The notes under the pieces: generated by a model | What the model was told of the DNA's origin: nothing | The model's database searches: none | Seen by the model: only the letters and a program-made list of their open reading frames with translations | Program-made: the position numbers and the translations under genes | Shown here: positions 34,501-42,840 of the stretch, piece by piece | Position numbering within the stretch: the first letter of the stretch is position 1 | Layout of the letters: every line of letters starts with the position of its first letter | Origin: an uncultured Sunxiuqinia sp. | GTDB lineage: Bacteria > Bacteroidota > Bacteroidia > Bacteroidales > Prolixibacteraceae | Assembly: GCA_963677175.2 (NCBI GenBank) | Contig: CAXXES010000001.1 | Span: 946,444-1,010,443 of the forward strand | Length of the DNA: 64,000 nucleotides | Direction of reading: 5' to 3'

Positions 34501-35024
34501 GTTGCATCAGTGGGAACCTCTGTAATTGTATAGCCTCCGTCAAAATCGGTGACTGTTCCACTGGTTGTACCTTTCAACAAGACCGTAACCCCGGGAAGCG
34601 GAGCGCCGGTTGTGTCAGTAACTTTACCAGAAACCCTTATTTCCCCGCGTTGATTCAGAACTGAATTATTACGCAATATGATCTGCCGGTCAATAATCTC
34701 ATAGGAAACCTGTACGCCGCTAAAAACATGGTCCAGCAGTTCTTCTAAAGTTTTATTCCTCATGTTAATGCCAATGGTCCTTTTCACATCAATTTCTTCA
34801 TTCTTATAAAAAAAGAAGAAATCGCTTTGATCTTCAATTTCCTTTAGCACTTCCCTGACTGTGGCATTTTCTAAGGATACGCTCAGTTTGGTTTGTTGAG
34901 AGTAGACATTTGCACTTACATGCACAAACGCAACCAGTAGAATAAACAATGTTAATTTCATACGTCGTAACCATTTGAACAACACCCTAAAAGGGCCTTT
35001 GTCATTAAAACACTTTTTTTTCAT
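31521..35024 (-). CDS. SusC/RagA-family TonB-dependent transporter with STN domain (PUL2)
   Basis: TKLSVSLENATVREVLKEIEDQSDFFFFY (STN), GKVTDTTGAPLPGVTVLLKGTTSGTVTDFDGGY, LVFSFVGMRTQEI, plug EPLFVIDG, terminal ..GLDIKF. Confidence 0.9.
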   Translation of the reverse strand: MKKKCFNDKGPFRVLFKWLRRMKLTLFILLVAFVHVSANVYSQQTKLSVSLENATVREVLKEIEDQSDFFFFYKNEEIDVKRTIGINMRNKTLEELLDHVFSGVQVSYEIIDRQIILRNNSVLNQRGEIRVSGKVTDTTGAPLPGVTVLLKGTTSGTVTDFDGGYTITEVPTDATLVFSFVGMRTQEISVSNQSTVNAVMEEEAIGLDEVVAVGYGVQKKVNLTGAITAVKMEELSNISTPNLSNSLAGRAPGVNITGTSGLAGATSKIRIRGGFGEPLFVIDGIVREKEAFDALEAGEVDQLSFLKDAATASIYGSRAGNGVVLVTTKQGKKQKPTFNFQSSYTTSSPTQTLLSDQTTATDELIYQNRVAEFNGTTPPNGEEEFAYFENRSYNVNDFIWQNPWSQKHSLSVAGGSDKITYYSIASYRGEEGSYKSLDHQKFNLRSNVSAKISESIQFNLNVSANQQNHDRFYWPFSPDDDYDVSDLYRVTFNWPKVYPFYTLEDGTPADYITDYPVQTPMGSWLAWSVIDQITGDRYIKTRKRELNSILSLDIKLDEFIPGLSTKVVGNYIASDYMRKKYLTFQKNYVFNQADPDGNRFLPGAPDPNKTNVFTFSQNQPYLSYDINTSWSYQFNWFLNYQQSFGKHNFDVMAVWEQSESGLYGAFAKAEDPVTTYDQDFVYSTDAERRYGSGWEEIGARQSLIGRLNYNFSERYIAEFSFRHDGNTLFPKTKRWGFFPSFSGAWRISEESFMDETNRWLDDLKLRVSYGTTGNDLDVNNEKIRAFSYTSAYQNAESYIFGDKLYRSIKPGATPNPNLTWATSTTYNVGLDFTMLSSKLSGTIDVFSKKETDILGSRLVTLPDNYGQSLAPENYAERSWKGGEFTITWRDKAVKNQLNYSIYGNVGYAKDRWDLIDEGEAYQPGGSREWASKIGNPLDRLFGYKSLGIVRTQEQLDELLASGFKQFGRTPYLGGLLFEDIRGDGYSEGPDGKIDSNDEQLLSENAAPRLNYGIGFSASWRNFSIDAHFQGVGVYDRMISNKEGAGMRQHGGTIRPYYPIWTKDVWTPDNVDGEYPRPIGKNWYESGTGASSFWIRDGAYMRLKNLNFGYDLPSKWLSAIKVAKAQFFFNGTNLFAISKIKEFHDPEQKEYDSYPLMKSFTFGLDIKF

Positions 35025-35139
35025 AAATTTGTGATTCTAAGGTTATACAATAATCCCATTTTATTGGGGTTCTAAAAACCATGGCTCATGTTACCGCATG
35101 AACCGGAAAGGAAGGTGTTACCGCACTTTCCTTTTTTTC
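35024..35139 (+). ncRNA. candidate cis-antisense sRNA (DonS-like), PUL2 junction; span includes the -7 box
   Basis: Plus strand: TAAATTTG (35024-35031) overlapping the complement of the SusC ATG, TTTG at 34998-35001, hairpin tcatg-ttaccg-catga (35086-35101), hairpin aaaggaaggtg-ttaccg-cactttccttt (35107-35134) running into T7 (35132-35138). Confidence 0.4.
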
Positions 35140-35201
35140 TGGTTTATTATTATTTGATTCAAAAAATAGGGTGAACGGGTTACGTGATAGTCACAGAATA
35201 A

Positions 35202-36167
35202 TTAAAATCCCACAATCCTGACTACATCATTCTCTATTTCATAATTCATTTGGGTTGTTAATGACAAAATATTCAGCATTTCGCGTAGACTTTCAGTCTT
35301 GATAGACAAGGTGTAACGCTCTGAGGTATCGAGGTTCTCATCAATCACGAACTTCACACCGTACCAACGTTCCATCTTTTTAAGGACTTCAGCAAGGCTC
35401 GCATCTTCCACCTTTAATATGTTTTCTTTCCATGATGTGTACAATTCCGTATCAACTTTTACCAGTTTAGCGGTTCTGGAACTTTTGGAAAATCCAAATT
35501 GTTCTCCTGGCTGTATTTTAAAACTTTTAGCGGAACCGGATATCGAAACGGACACTTGTCCTTCCTCTAGTGTGGCAACCAACATATCATCAGACAGATA
35601 GGAATATATATTAAATCTTGTACCATGAACTTTCACCTCCATTTGACCGGCATGAACGATAAATGGTTTCAGCTCATCTTTTGATACGTCGAAATACGCT
35701 TCGCCTTCTACAAGAACGTCCCGGGACTGACTGTTAAAGTTAGCTGGGTATTTTAAAGTTGTTCCGGAGTTCAGCCAAACTTTGGTGCCATCATACAAAG
35801 TGACCATTGATTTTTCGCCATCCGGAGCCTGAATTTCATTATAAACATTGCTTAACAGAACTGGTTCTTTTTGATTGATCAGGTAAAGACTAAAGGCACC
35901 GGAGATAAAAGCAAGAACGATAACAGCAGCATATTTGAGCCAACGAAGCTTCAGTTTTGCTTTTTGTTTTTGATTTTTAGCTAAAAACAATTTTCTGGAT
36001 TGATGCCCTTTAGCTTGCTTCAAGCCTGTGAGCACCCAAAGGTTCTTTAAGTCATTGTACCTTTTCTGGTTGGTTTCCGACGCTTCGATCCAATCCAGGA
36101 TTTCAATCAGCTCATCTTCAGGAATACGGCTGCCTTTAATGTATTGTATAAGTTTTTCTTCATTCAT
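35202..36167 (-). CDS. FecR-family anti-sigma factor (PUL2)
   Basis: 321 aa. TM segment YAAVIVLAFISGAFSLYLI. VWLNSGTTLKYP, GEAYFDVSK. Confidence 0.88.
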   Translation of the reverse strand: MNEEKLIQYIKGSRIPEDELIEILDWIEASETNQKRYNDLKNLWVLTGLKQAKGHQSRKLFLAKNQKQKAKLKLRWLKYAAVIVLAFISGAFSLYLINQKEPVLLSNVYNEIQAPDGEKSMVTLYDGTKVWLNSGTTLKYPANFNSQSRDVLVEGEAYFDVSKDELKPFIVHAGQMEVKVHGTRFNIYSYLSDDMLVATLEEGQVSVSISGSAKSFKIQPGEQFGFSKSSRTAKLVKVDTELYTSWKENILKVEDASLAEVLKKMERWYGVKFVIDENLDTSERYTLSIKTESLREMLNILSLTTQMNYEIENDVVRIVGF

Positions 36168-36253
36168 AAAAAAAGAAAAGATTTATAGGTATAACCCAAT
36201 GAACTCAATTTACCCTAATGTCGCTATGGGGTTATTTTCATAGGTGCCGGCAA

Positions 36254-36847
36254 TCAGTTCAAAAAGAACAAGATGTATAGCAGGGGGAGGTATTCTTTTA
36301 GATCGGTTTTGAGGAGTTTTAGCGCTTTGGAGATATGGGCTTCAACTGTTTTAACGCTAATGTTTAGCTCATCAGCAATTTCCCTGTTTTTCTTGTCTTC
36401 AAAACGGCTTTTTTCGAAAACGATGCGAACAGAAGGCGATAGCTTTGCAAGGGCCATTTCCACTTTTTGTTGCAATTCTTCAAAAACAAAATGGCTGGTA
36501 TCGAAACTGGATAACGATTTGAAATTAACCTCCAACTGCCGGGCTTTCAAGTAATCATTATATTTTTGCTTTGATTTCTCTTTGCTGATTACCTTGAGTG
36601 ATTTATTTTTTGTTACAGTGAACAGCCAGGACTGGATGTTGGTATCATACCGGATGGTATGGCGTCTCTCCCATAGTTCGGTAAAGACATCTTGGGCAAT
36701 ATTGCTTGCCGCATCAGCATCAAATAAATATTGTCTAGAAAAATAAGCGAGTTTGGGATAGAAAAGTTCATACAAATATTCAAAAGCGGGTTCATCGCCT
36801 GCCTTGATTTTTTGTACTATTTCATATCCACTTAAGTTCACAGGCAT
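36254..36847 (-). CDS. ECF sigma factor (PUL2)
   Basis: AQDVFTELWERR (region 2) and NREIADELNISVKTVEAHISKA (region 4 HTH). 197 aa. Confidence 0.88.
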   Translation of the reverse strand: MPVNLSGYEIVQKIKAGDEPAFEYLYELFYPKLAYFSRQYLFDADAASNIAQDVFTELWERRHTIRYDTNIQSWLFTVTKNKSLKVISKEKSKQKYNDYLKARQLEVNFKSLSSFDTSHFVFEELQQKVEMALAKLSPSVRIVFEKSRFEDKKNREIADELNISVKTVEAHISKALKLLKTDLKEYLPLLYILFFLN

Positions 36848-37348
36848 CAGTTTTGTAAAAACTTATAAAGGGAAAGGGTCAAAAGTAGAAATATTTCTTC
36901 GATGGAACGGGCCCTCCTGTGAAAAATATAAAAGACCTTTAGGTACTAGGCCCTTATCATATAACCGATATAATCGTCCGGGAGTCCAACAAAATGGAGA
37001 GGCAAGTTTTCTTCGGGGAGGCAAATGTCACAAGACATAACACTCTTCCTGTTTTCGACACTTTCCCCTGGAGCAAACCTCAACAATCAAGAAACGAGAT
37101 GTTTATGATTTTTTTGGTGTTAAACATGGGTGTCCCAGTGACGAAAACAGGAGGGAAATCGCTTTGAGAAGATTCATCTTCGACACAATGTGCTCCTCCC
37201 CCCTGCCCTCTCTTTTTTAAAGGCTCCGGCTGGCGGGAGCCGGATGGGCCAGGAGGGAGAAAGCCAATGCTATACAGGCCTTCGGATAGTTAAAGACGAT
37301 TCCCTTGCTAAACACCATGGAGAAGCAATAATGGAATACATATTTCTC

Positions 37349-39304
37349 TTATTTATTCCATAAATCAGGGATCTGCTCATATCCCCGGGCTCTTTCTGGT
37401 GCCTGGGTCACAGGTTTAAGCTCTCCTGAATGGATTTCAAACAGATGTTTTGCTGTTTCCATCATAGCCTCAACCTGGTACTTGTACGAACGGTCAGTTA
37501 CGTCAATCAATCCACAATTGTAATTTTCTCCGTCATTCATGCGCCCCGTAAGATCTTGGTCGCACCACTGGAAGTAGGCTGTTCCAATCAATCCCGGATG
37601 AACGTATGCTTTTTCAGTGTAGTACCGGTAGGCCACACCCCGTTCTTTTTGCGAATTTACCTGCCACAACGATTGCGCCATTCCCCGGTCAACTGTTCCA
37701 AAGTGGTATTCACCAATAATCATAGGCAAACCTGTGATCTCCATTGCACGGTCCATCATTTCTTTTTTGGGGTATAAGTCATAACAGTTGAAACTCAGAA
37801 CATCGAAAATATCTTTGCATACTTCAAGTATATTGCGGTCGATTTCAAGAACGTTTCCAAACCGGATCCCCAGATTTAAGTGATTCGGATCGTGGGTTTC
37901 CATAGCATCGTCAACTATTTTCAAGAACGTGTGGAACGTATTATGGATAAAATCTTTCCGCCTATGGGGAGTATCTCCTTCGGCTAAGTATTTACTTAAT
38001 TCAGCTTTAATTGGTCTGTCTTCTCCTTCAAGGATCAGGCTGCAAAGTCTTTCTTCCTGTTCGAGCCAGGCCGGTTCGTTGCCGATAAAATATCCAAGCA
38101 CCCAAGGATTATCCCTATAAGATTTGACATAATTTCGGACAGAATTGCTTACATCCGATTTAAAATCGGGGGCGTATACATCGGACAGTCCCATCAATCC
38201 GAAATCGATTCCTATGTCTCTTAACTGAAGAACAAAAGCTTTGCGCCCCAACCCGGTAACCTCGCCGCTCGACCAGTTAGCAATCGTATTCAGTCCCCAT
38301 TTGTCCATTCTCTTAATGGTCATATCCAGCGACTTTTCTTTATAGTCCTCGCCATATCTTCGGTAAAGGTTCGATAAGCCGAACGACGCCGTACTCTTTT
38401 CTTCACCGCGGCGCATACGCTTAAAACGAAACTGTTCGGGAGGAAGCTCTTTGAACATATTCCTGCGTTTTTCGATTTCTTTGGCATTTCCTCCACCGCC
38501 AGGATTCACACAGTCTACACCTACCGACAGGAACAGGTAACCTTCAGGATCGACAAACCACCAGCGTCCGTCAATTTTTTCAGCTCTGAAAAAGCCAGTC
38601 TCTTTTACTTTGGCGTTGAGATAACCACCGTATTTCGAGTAATTGTAATCTGATGTCGATACAATCTCGTTATCTTCAGCTGCCCATTCGCTTTTTAATT
38701 GCCCTAAAGAATGCACTTTATCTTCCCAATCTCCAAGGTTCCATTGTCCGAACTCATCTACTGAAGGAACATCTTCGAGGTAAACGTCACCCGGATCATC
38801 AACCGACAGGGTGATAGAACGGATTTCGATAGTTGGATTGCCAATAGGAACACGCATGCGAATACCAATGGAATCGACTCCGTGAAGAGGTCCTCTTTCA
38901 CCTCCCAAATTTACCCACCCGGTATAACGTGGTTGGTTGAAAGTTGCAGCAAGATCGACTGCCGCATCAGGCAACTCACGGTAAAATTTTAATGGAATAG
39001 CCAATTTGTTCCAGCCATTTGGAACGTACGACATTACGCGTAAATCATTGTACCCCCAGTCGGTGGTAAAACCGACTTGAAACCGTTGGGCCGTAGATGA
39101 CTTAAATTCAAGTACGACATAATTATAATCATCCCAGTTTTCAGGAAGTCCGGGTGAGATATCTTTTATGGCCAATTTCTTTCCCGACACTTCTTTGCTA
39201 CTATCGAACTCAATTTTAACTGTCTTGGGTGAACTGCACTGAACCCCGGTTAAAACGCCGAGAATAAAAAGTGCTGTTAACACCTGTTGGGTAGTTTTTC
39301 TCAT
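37349..39304 (-). CDS. secreted lipoprotein, putative clan GH-A-like (beta/alpha)8 glycoside hydrolase with N-terminal beta-sandwich domain; family not assigned
   Basis: Lipobox GVQCS. VLGYFIGNEPAW (candidate acid/base NEP) and PMIIGEYHFG (candidate nucleophile) about 125 residues apart, the spacing expected for clan GH-A. Confidence 0.5.
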   Translation of the reverse strand: MRKTTQQVLTALFILGVLTGVQCSSPKTVKIEFDSSKEVSGKKLAIKDISPGLPENWDDYNYVVLEFKSSTAQRFQVGFTTDWGYNDLRVMSYVPNGWNKLAIPLKFYRELPDAAVDLAATFNQPRYTGWVNLGGERGPLHGVDSIGIRMRVPIGNPTIEIRSITLSVDDPGDVYLEDVPSVDEFGQWNLGDWEDKVHSLGQLKSEWAAEDNEIVSTSDYNYSKYGGYLNAKVKETGFFRAEKIDGRWWFVDPEGYLFLSVGVDCVNPGGGGNAKEIEKRRNMFKELPPEQFRFKRMRRGEEKSTASFGLSNLYRRYGEDYKEKSLDMTIKRMDKWGLNTIANWSSGEVTGLGRKAFVLQLRDIGIDFGLMGLSDVYAPDFKSDVSNSVRNYVKSYRDNPWVLGYFIGNEPAWLEQEERLCSLILEGEDRPIKAELSKYLAEGDTPHRRKDFIHNTFHTFLKIVDDAMETHDPNHLNLGIRFGNVLEIDRNILEVCKDIFDVLSFNCYDLYPKKEMMDRAMEITGLPMIIGEYHFGTVDRGMAQSLWQVNSQKERGVAYRYYTEKAYVHPGLIGTAYFQWCDQDLTGRMNDGENYNCGLIDVTDRSYKYQVEAMMETAKHLFEIHSGELKPVTQAPERARGYEQIPDLWNK

Positions 39305-39352
39305 TTTATCTGTATTTAAATTGATTGCTCCTTTTCTAACTCATCTATGAAT

Positions 39353-42300
39353 CTATCTGATAACCAATCCATATAAGGATGATCGTGCTGTTATAAATAG
39401 CATATCTCCGTTTTTACCTCCAAACTGAATGGCAGACGGACGTTCGGGCACCTCTATTTTCCCCGTCTTCTTTCCATTTTTATCGAATACATAAACATGG
39501 CCATCGGTTATATAGATATTTCCTTCTTTATCGACTGCCGATCCAAACTCGCCTTGTTCAATAAAATACTCTAGGTCCGAAAGTTTTCCTTCATTGTCCA
39601 CATCCATCCGTACCAAGCGACGATCATATTCATCGGTTGCATAAAAAGGCTTTCCGGGAGTTGCTTCGAGCACCGATGAGGAGCGTGCCAGGTCGTAGCA
39701 CTCGGGGATGATAGTTTGTCCATCAGGTGCAACAAAGCAGTTCTCCGGCACATAAACTGAAACCTCATTAAAGTCGTGATCGTCACGCCAGCGATTTGAG
39801 GGATAGAAGGCTTTTGCTACGTTTTTTACTGATCCCATTTTCACGCGAGGCAATAAAGCGATGGTTTCCTCAGGATTGTCGGGATCGATGGAGTAAACCC
39901 AAGTTGCAAATCCCGAATTTCCCCATTTGCTGAACGAAGTGCCACCGGCGTCAGTCAAAACAGGAACCGTTTCCTGTTCTCCGTTAATTTTATAACCCGG
40001 CTGCGGATAATATTTGAACAACACCAGAAGGTTGTCTTTCGTATCGCAAGCCAGTGAAAGTGGTTCCCATTGAAAATCTGCCACGAGGGAAATTTGTTTA
40101 CTTTCTACGTCCCATTTATAAATGCGACTCATGCGTTGGTCGGAGAAATAGACATTTCCTTTGCTGTCACGGGTAATTCCTTCAGCATATTCAAAGCCAG
40201 AAGCCAATTTTTCTACTTTCCCTGGAATGGAATGCAGCGCCGGCACACGCGGTTCTTTTCCGGTGACAGTGAGCTTTGTAAATTCCCATGGGCGAACATC
40301 CTGTCCAGTATTCATATCAAACATAGTGATGTCAGTCGTGAACTTTACCTGGGCGAAATTATGAACGTTGAGAAATTCAATATTTTTACAATTCCAGGTT
40401 CTAACAGCATTCGGATAGGGGGTATCCACCCGGATTACCCGGAAAAGATAAAGATTGGCAAAAACAATATTGGAACAGTCCTGCAAATCGATGGGCTGGC
40501 ATTCCGAACTCTCGCGGCTTTCTTCTTCCAACTGGAAGGCATAAACTTTCCAGTTCGATACGTTTTTAAAACGGGCTTCATTCCGGACATGATGTTCAAC
40601 AGACATCGCATAGATACGCCCTTTGGTTGAGGTATTGTTGACATAAATCCCTTTGGTACTGTAGGTGTTAGCCGTCCAGATGTCTTTGAAAGTACCGCCA
40701 CCGCCATTGGTAATCCAGAGACTCCAATACTGGTTGTCCCAGGCCTGGTCCATAGCCTGGTTTGTAACAGGTTCTTCTGGTGTACTAATTTTTAGGGGGT
40801 CTCGTTTCCAGCTGCGGTCATCCTGAGAGCCTCGGGCCATTGTTCCGTGTCCACCAACAAACTTCACGTCGTTCATATACGAATTTTCACCAGCCATCCA
40901 TTTACAGCCCACAGCGCGATAGTTATAACCTCCGGTATTGATACCAATTCCCGAGACAATGTTTTTGCCGCCTTTGGGCGTTTCCAACATGGGTTTAGGC
41001 GCCCCAAAACCGCTGAACGCAGGCGTGCTTTCAAGAAGCTTTAATTGCGTTGCAACCGGATTTAAACCAATCAGACAGGTATTTTCCTTTAGCTCCAATG
41101 TTTCAGAAATAATGTACCACCCCTGGGGGACATAAATATTAGGGTACCTACTTATCGCATCCCGGAAGACGGTGGTATTATCGGTAACACCATCACCTTT
41201 GGCTCCAAGCTCCTGAATGTTGACCCATGTGCCCATCTCAGGAAAATCAGGAATATCTTTCTGAACCGGTTCCGGCATTTGATTTAGCTCTTCAATCTCC
41301 GCCACGGTTATGGCTTCCGGTTCCGAAGCCATATCGGCCATTTGCAAACCATGATTATAGTTGGCCACCCGGTATAGTTGTCCTTTTCCGGAAGTTTGTG
41401 TATTGCTTCTTCTGTAGTTTATCAGAACAGGCACATTGCTGCACATAATGTTTCGCAGACTAATCTGGTTGGTATGGTTGTTTTCATTGCTGATCACCAA
41501 AGCAGGGCCGCTAATATTTTCGAATGCACAATCTTCCATGAAAATTTTGTCCGAATAATTCGGCTCAATTTCAATTACAGAAGGCACGTTTTTGGCACTC
41601 AGCCGAACAATGGTGAGTCCTCCTTCCTGCGAGCGGATAGCTGCTTTTCGCTGGCCTTCAAAATAGGTATCAACCATCATCATCTGCCAGCCGGGTGATG
41701 TTTTTGTGGTATAGATCCCGTAATCACCGCCGAAAAAACGGACATCTTCCATTTCATTGCCAACATCGAACAAGCCTGCTTTGCCATTTCCAATATGGAT
41801 ATCGACATGGGAAATAAAACTGTGCTGCGCAAAATGGGTACGTAACGCAACAGCTTGCGGATTACCATCTTCAATCTTAAGGTCGATATTTGAAAGGGCA
41901 CTGTAAAAAGTTCCAGCTCCGGCATCACGTATTTTTTCTCCTTCATCTACAACATCGCTGGTAAACCAAAACATATAGTTGGCTTTGCCTTTATCGCCGG
42001 TAACTTCATTTTGAAATCCTGACGAATTCCTGGCTAGAACAATCACAGGCCTTTTTGCTCCGTACCCAATCAATCGCACGGCTTTTGGAATGTATATCGT
42101 TTTACTGATTTTGTAGGTTCCTTCAGGCAGAAAAACAATACCGAAGTTGAATTCTTTTTTTACTTTGTTAATGGCCTGTTGCAGAGCGTCGCTCACATCG
42201 GTTTTTCCATCGTTGTCAATGCCGAAGTTTTCAGGTGTAAAAAAGACGGCATCGGGATCGTTCAGTTTTTGAGTGTAAAACGATTTGCTTTTTGCTGTCA

Positions 42301-42370
42301 CCCCGAAAAGAGTCGTTGTCCCAAAGCCAGCAAAAGCAATTAAAAGAACAATTTTTCTAAGATTCATCAT
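39353..42370 (-). CDS. fusion protein: two tandem pectate-lyase-superfamily beta-helix modules (GH55-like architecture) + C-terminal SMP-30/gluconolactonase/LRE-like beta-propeller
   Basis: Signal peptide. NDGKTDVSDALQQAINKV and GAKGDGVTDNTTVFRDAI (two copies of the GDGxTD..AIQ-type beta-helix N-cap motif). C-terminal ASGFEYAEGITRDSKGNVYFSDQRMSRIYKWD ... GNIYITDGHVYVFDKNGK ... PSAIQFGGKNGDMLFITARSSLYG is propeller (SGL) signature. Confidence 0.65.
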   Translation of the reverse strand: MMNLRKIVLLIAFAGFGTTTLFGVTAKSKSFYTQKLNDPDAVFFTPENFGIDNDGKTDVSDALQQAINKVKKEFNFGIVFLPEGTYKISKTIYIPKAVRLIGYGAKRPVIVLARNSSGFQNEVTGDKGKANYMFWFTSDVVDEGEKIRDAGAGTFYSALSNIDLKIEDGNPQAVALRTHFAQHSFISHVDIHIGNGKAGLFDVGNEMEDVRFFGGDYGIYTTKTSPGWQMMMVDTYFEGQRKAAIRSQEGGLTIVRLSAKNVPSVIEIEPNYSDKIFMEDCAFENISGPALVISNENNHTNQISLRNIMCSNVPVLINYRRSNTQTSGKGQLYRVANYNHGLQMADMASEPEAITVAEIEELNQMPEPVQKDIPDFPEMGTWVNIQELGAKGDGVTDNTTVFRDAISRYPNIYVPQGWYIISETLELKENTCLIGLNPVATQLKLLESTPAFSGFGAPKPMLETPKGGKNIVSGIGINTGGYNYRAVGCKWMAGENSYMNDVKFVGGHGTMARGSQDDRSWKRDPLKISTPEEPVTNQAMDQAWDNQYWSLWITNGGGGTFKDIWTANTYSTKGIYVNNTSTKGRIYAMSVEHHVRNEARFKNVSNWKVYAFQLEEESRESSECQPIDLQDCSNIVFANLYLFRVIRVDTPYPNAVRTWNCKNIEFLNVHNFAQVKFTTDITMFDMNTGQDVRPWEFTKLTVTGKEPRVPALHSIPGKVEKLASGFEYAEGITRDSKGNVYFSDQRMSRIYKWDVESKQISLVADFQWEPLSLACDTKDNLLVLFKYYPQPGYKINGEQETVPVLTDAGGTSFSKWGNSGFATWVYSIDPDNPEETIALLPRVKMGSVKNVAKAFYPSNRWRDDHDFNEVSVYVPENCFVAPDGQTIIPECYDLARSSSVLEATPGKPFYATDEYDRRLVRMDVDNEGKLSDLEYFIEQGEFGSAVDKEGNIYITDGHVYVFDKNGKKTGKIEVPERPSAIQFGGKNGDMLFITARSSLYGLVIR

Positions 42371-42382
42371 GATCCGTAAAAT

Positions 42383-42628
42383 TTATTTTTTCATATAATC
42401 GAGCTGTGCATAACGCGAACGCCCATACAACCCGATTGAGTAATGCAATGCAGCATTCAGTTCGTCTTGGGCTTTATTGTATTTCTTCTCGTCGATTGAA
42501 GCCATTGCTCGCAAGGTGCAGCTGTTTAAATAGGCGTTTTGCATCACTTGTGAGCCTTCCGATTCAGCAGTCATGAATATACCTGGCAACAAAAAAGACA
42601 GTTGGAATAATCCTTTTAGTGGTATCAT
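42383..42628 (-). CDS. small hypothetical protein (81 aa) with hydrophobic N-terminus
   Basis: ORF only. Ends 12 nt before the start of the downstream 39353-42370 gene and shares its strand. No family recognised. Confidence 0.3.
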   Translation of the reverse strand: MIPLKGLFQLSFLLPGIFMTAESEGSQVMQNAYLNSCTLRAMASIDEKKYNKAQDELNAALHYSIGLYGRSRYAQLDYMKK

Positions 42629-42840
42629 TAATTTAGGAAATTTACGGAGTACAAATAAAACGGATGTCTACAAGTGTATATCCAGTTTAAATTATTTTGG
42701 AACACTCAACATCTCCATCAAAGGATTGTGTTCTCCGTGGCTATTTTGTTACTAAACCACGGAGTTCACAGTCCTATTTTGAGGCAGAGAACAGTTCATA
42801 CATCCGCTAAAACTAATTATCCATTCTGCGGGTAATTCTT

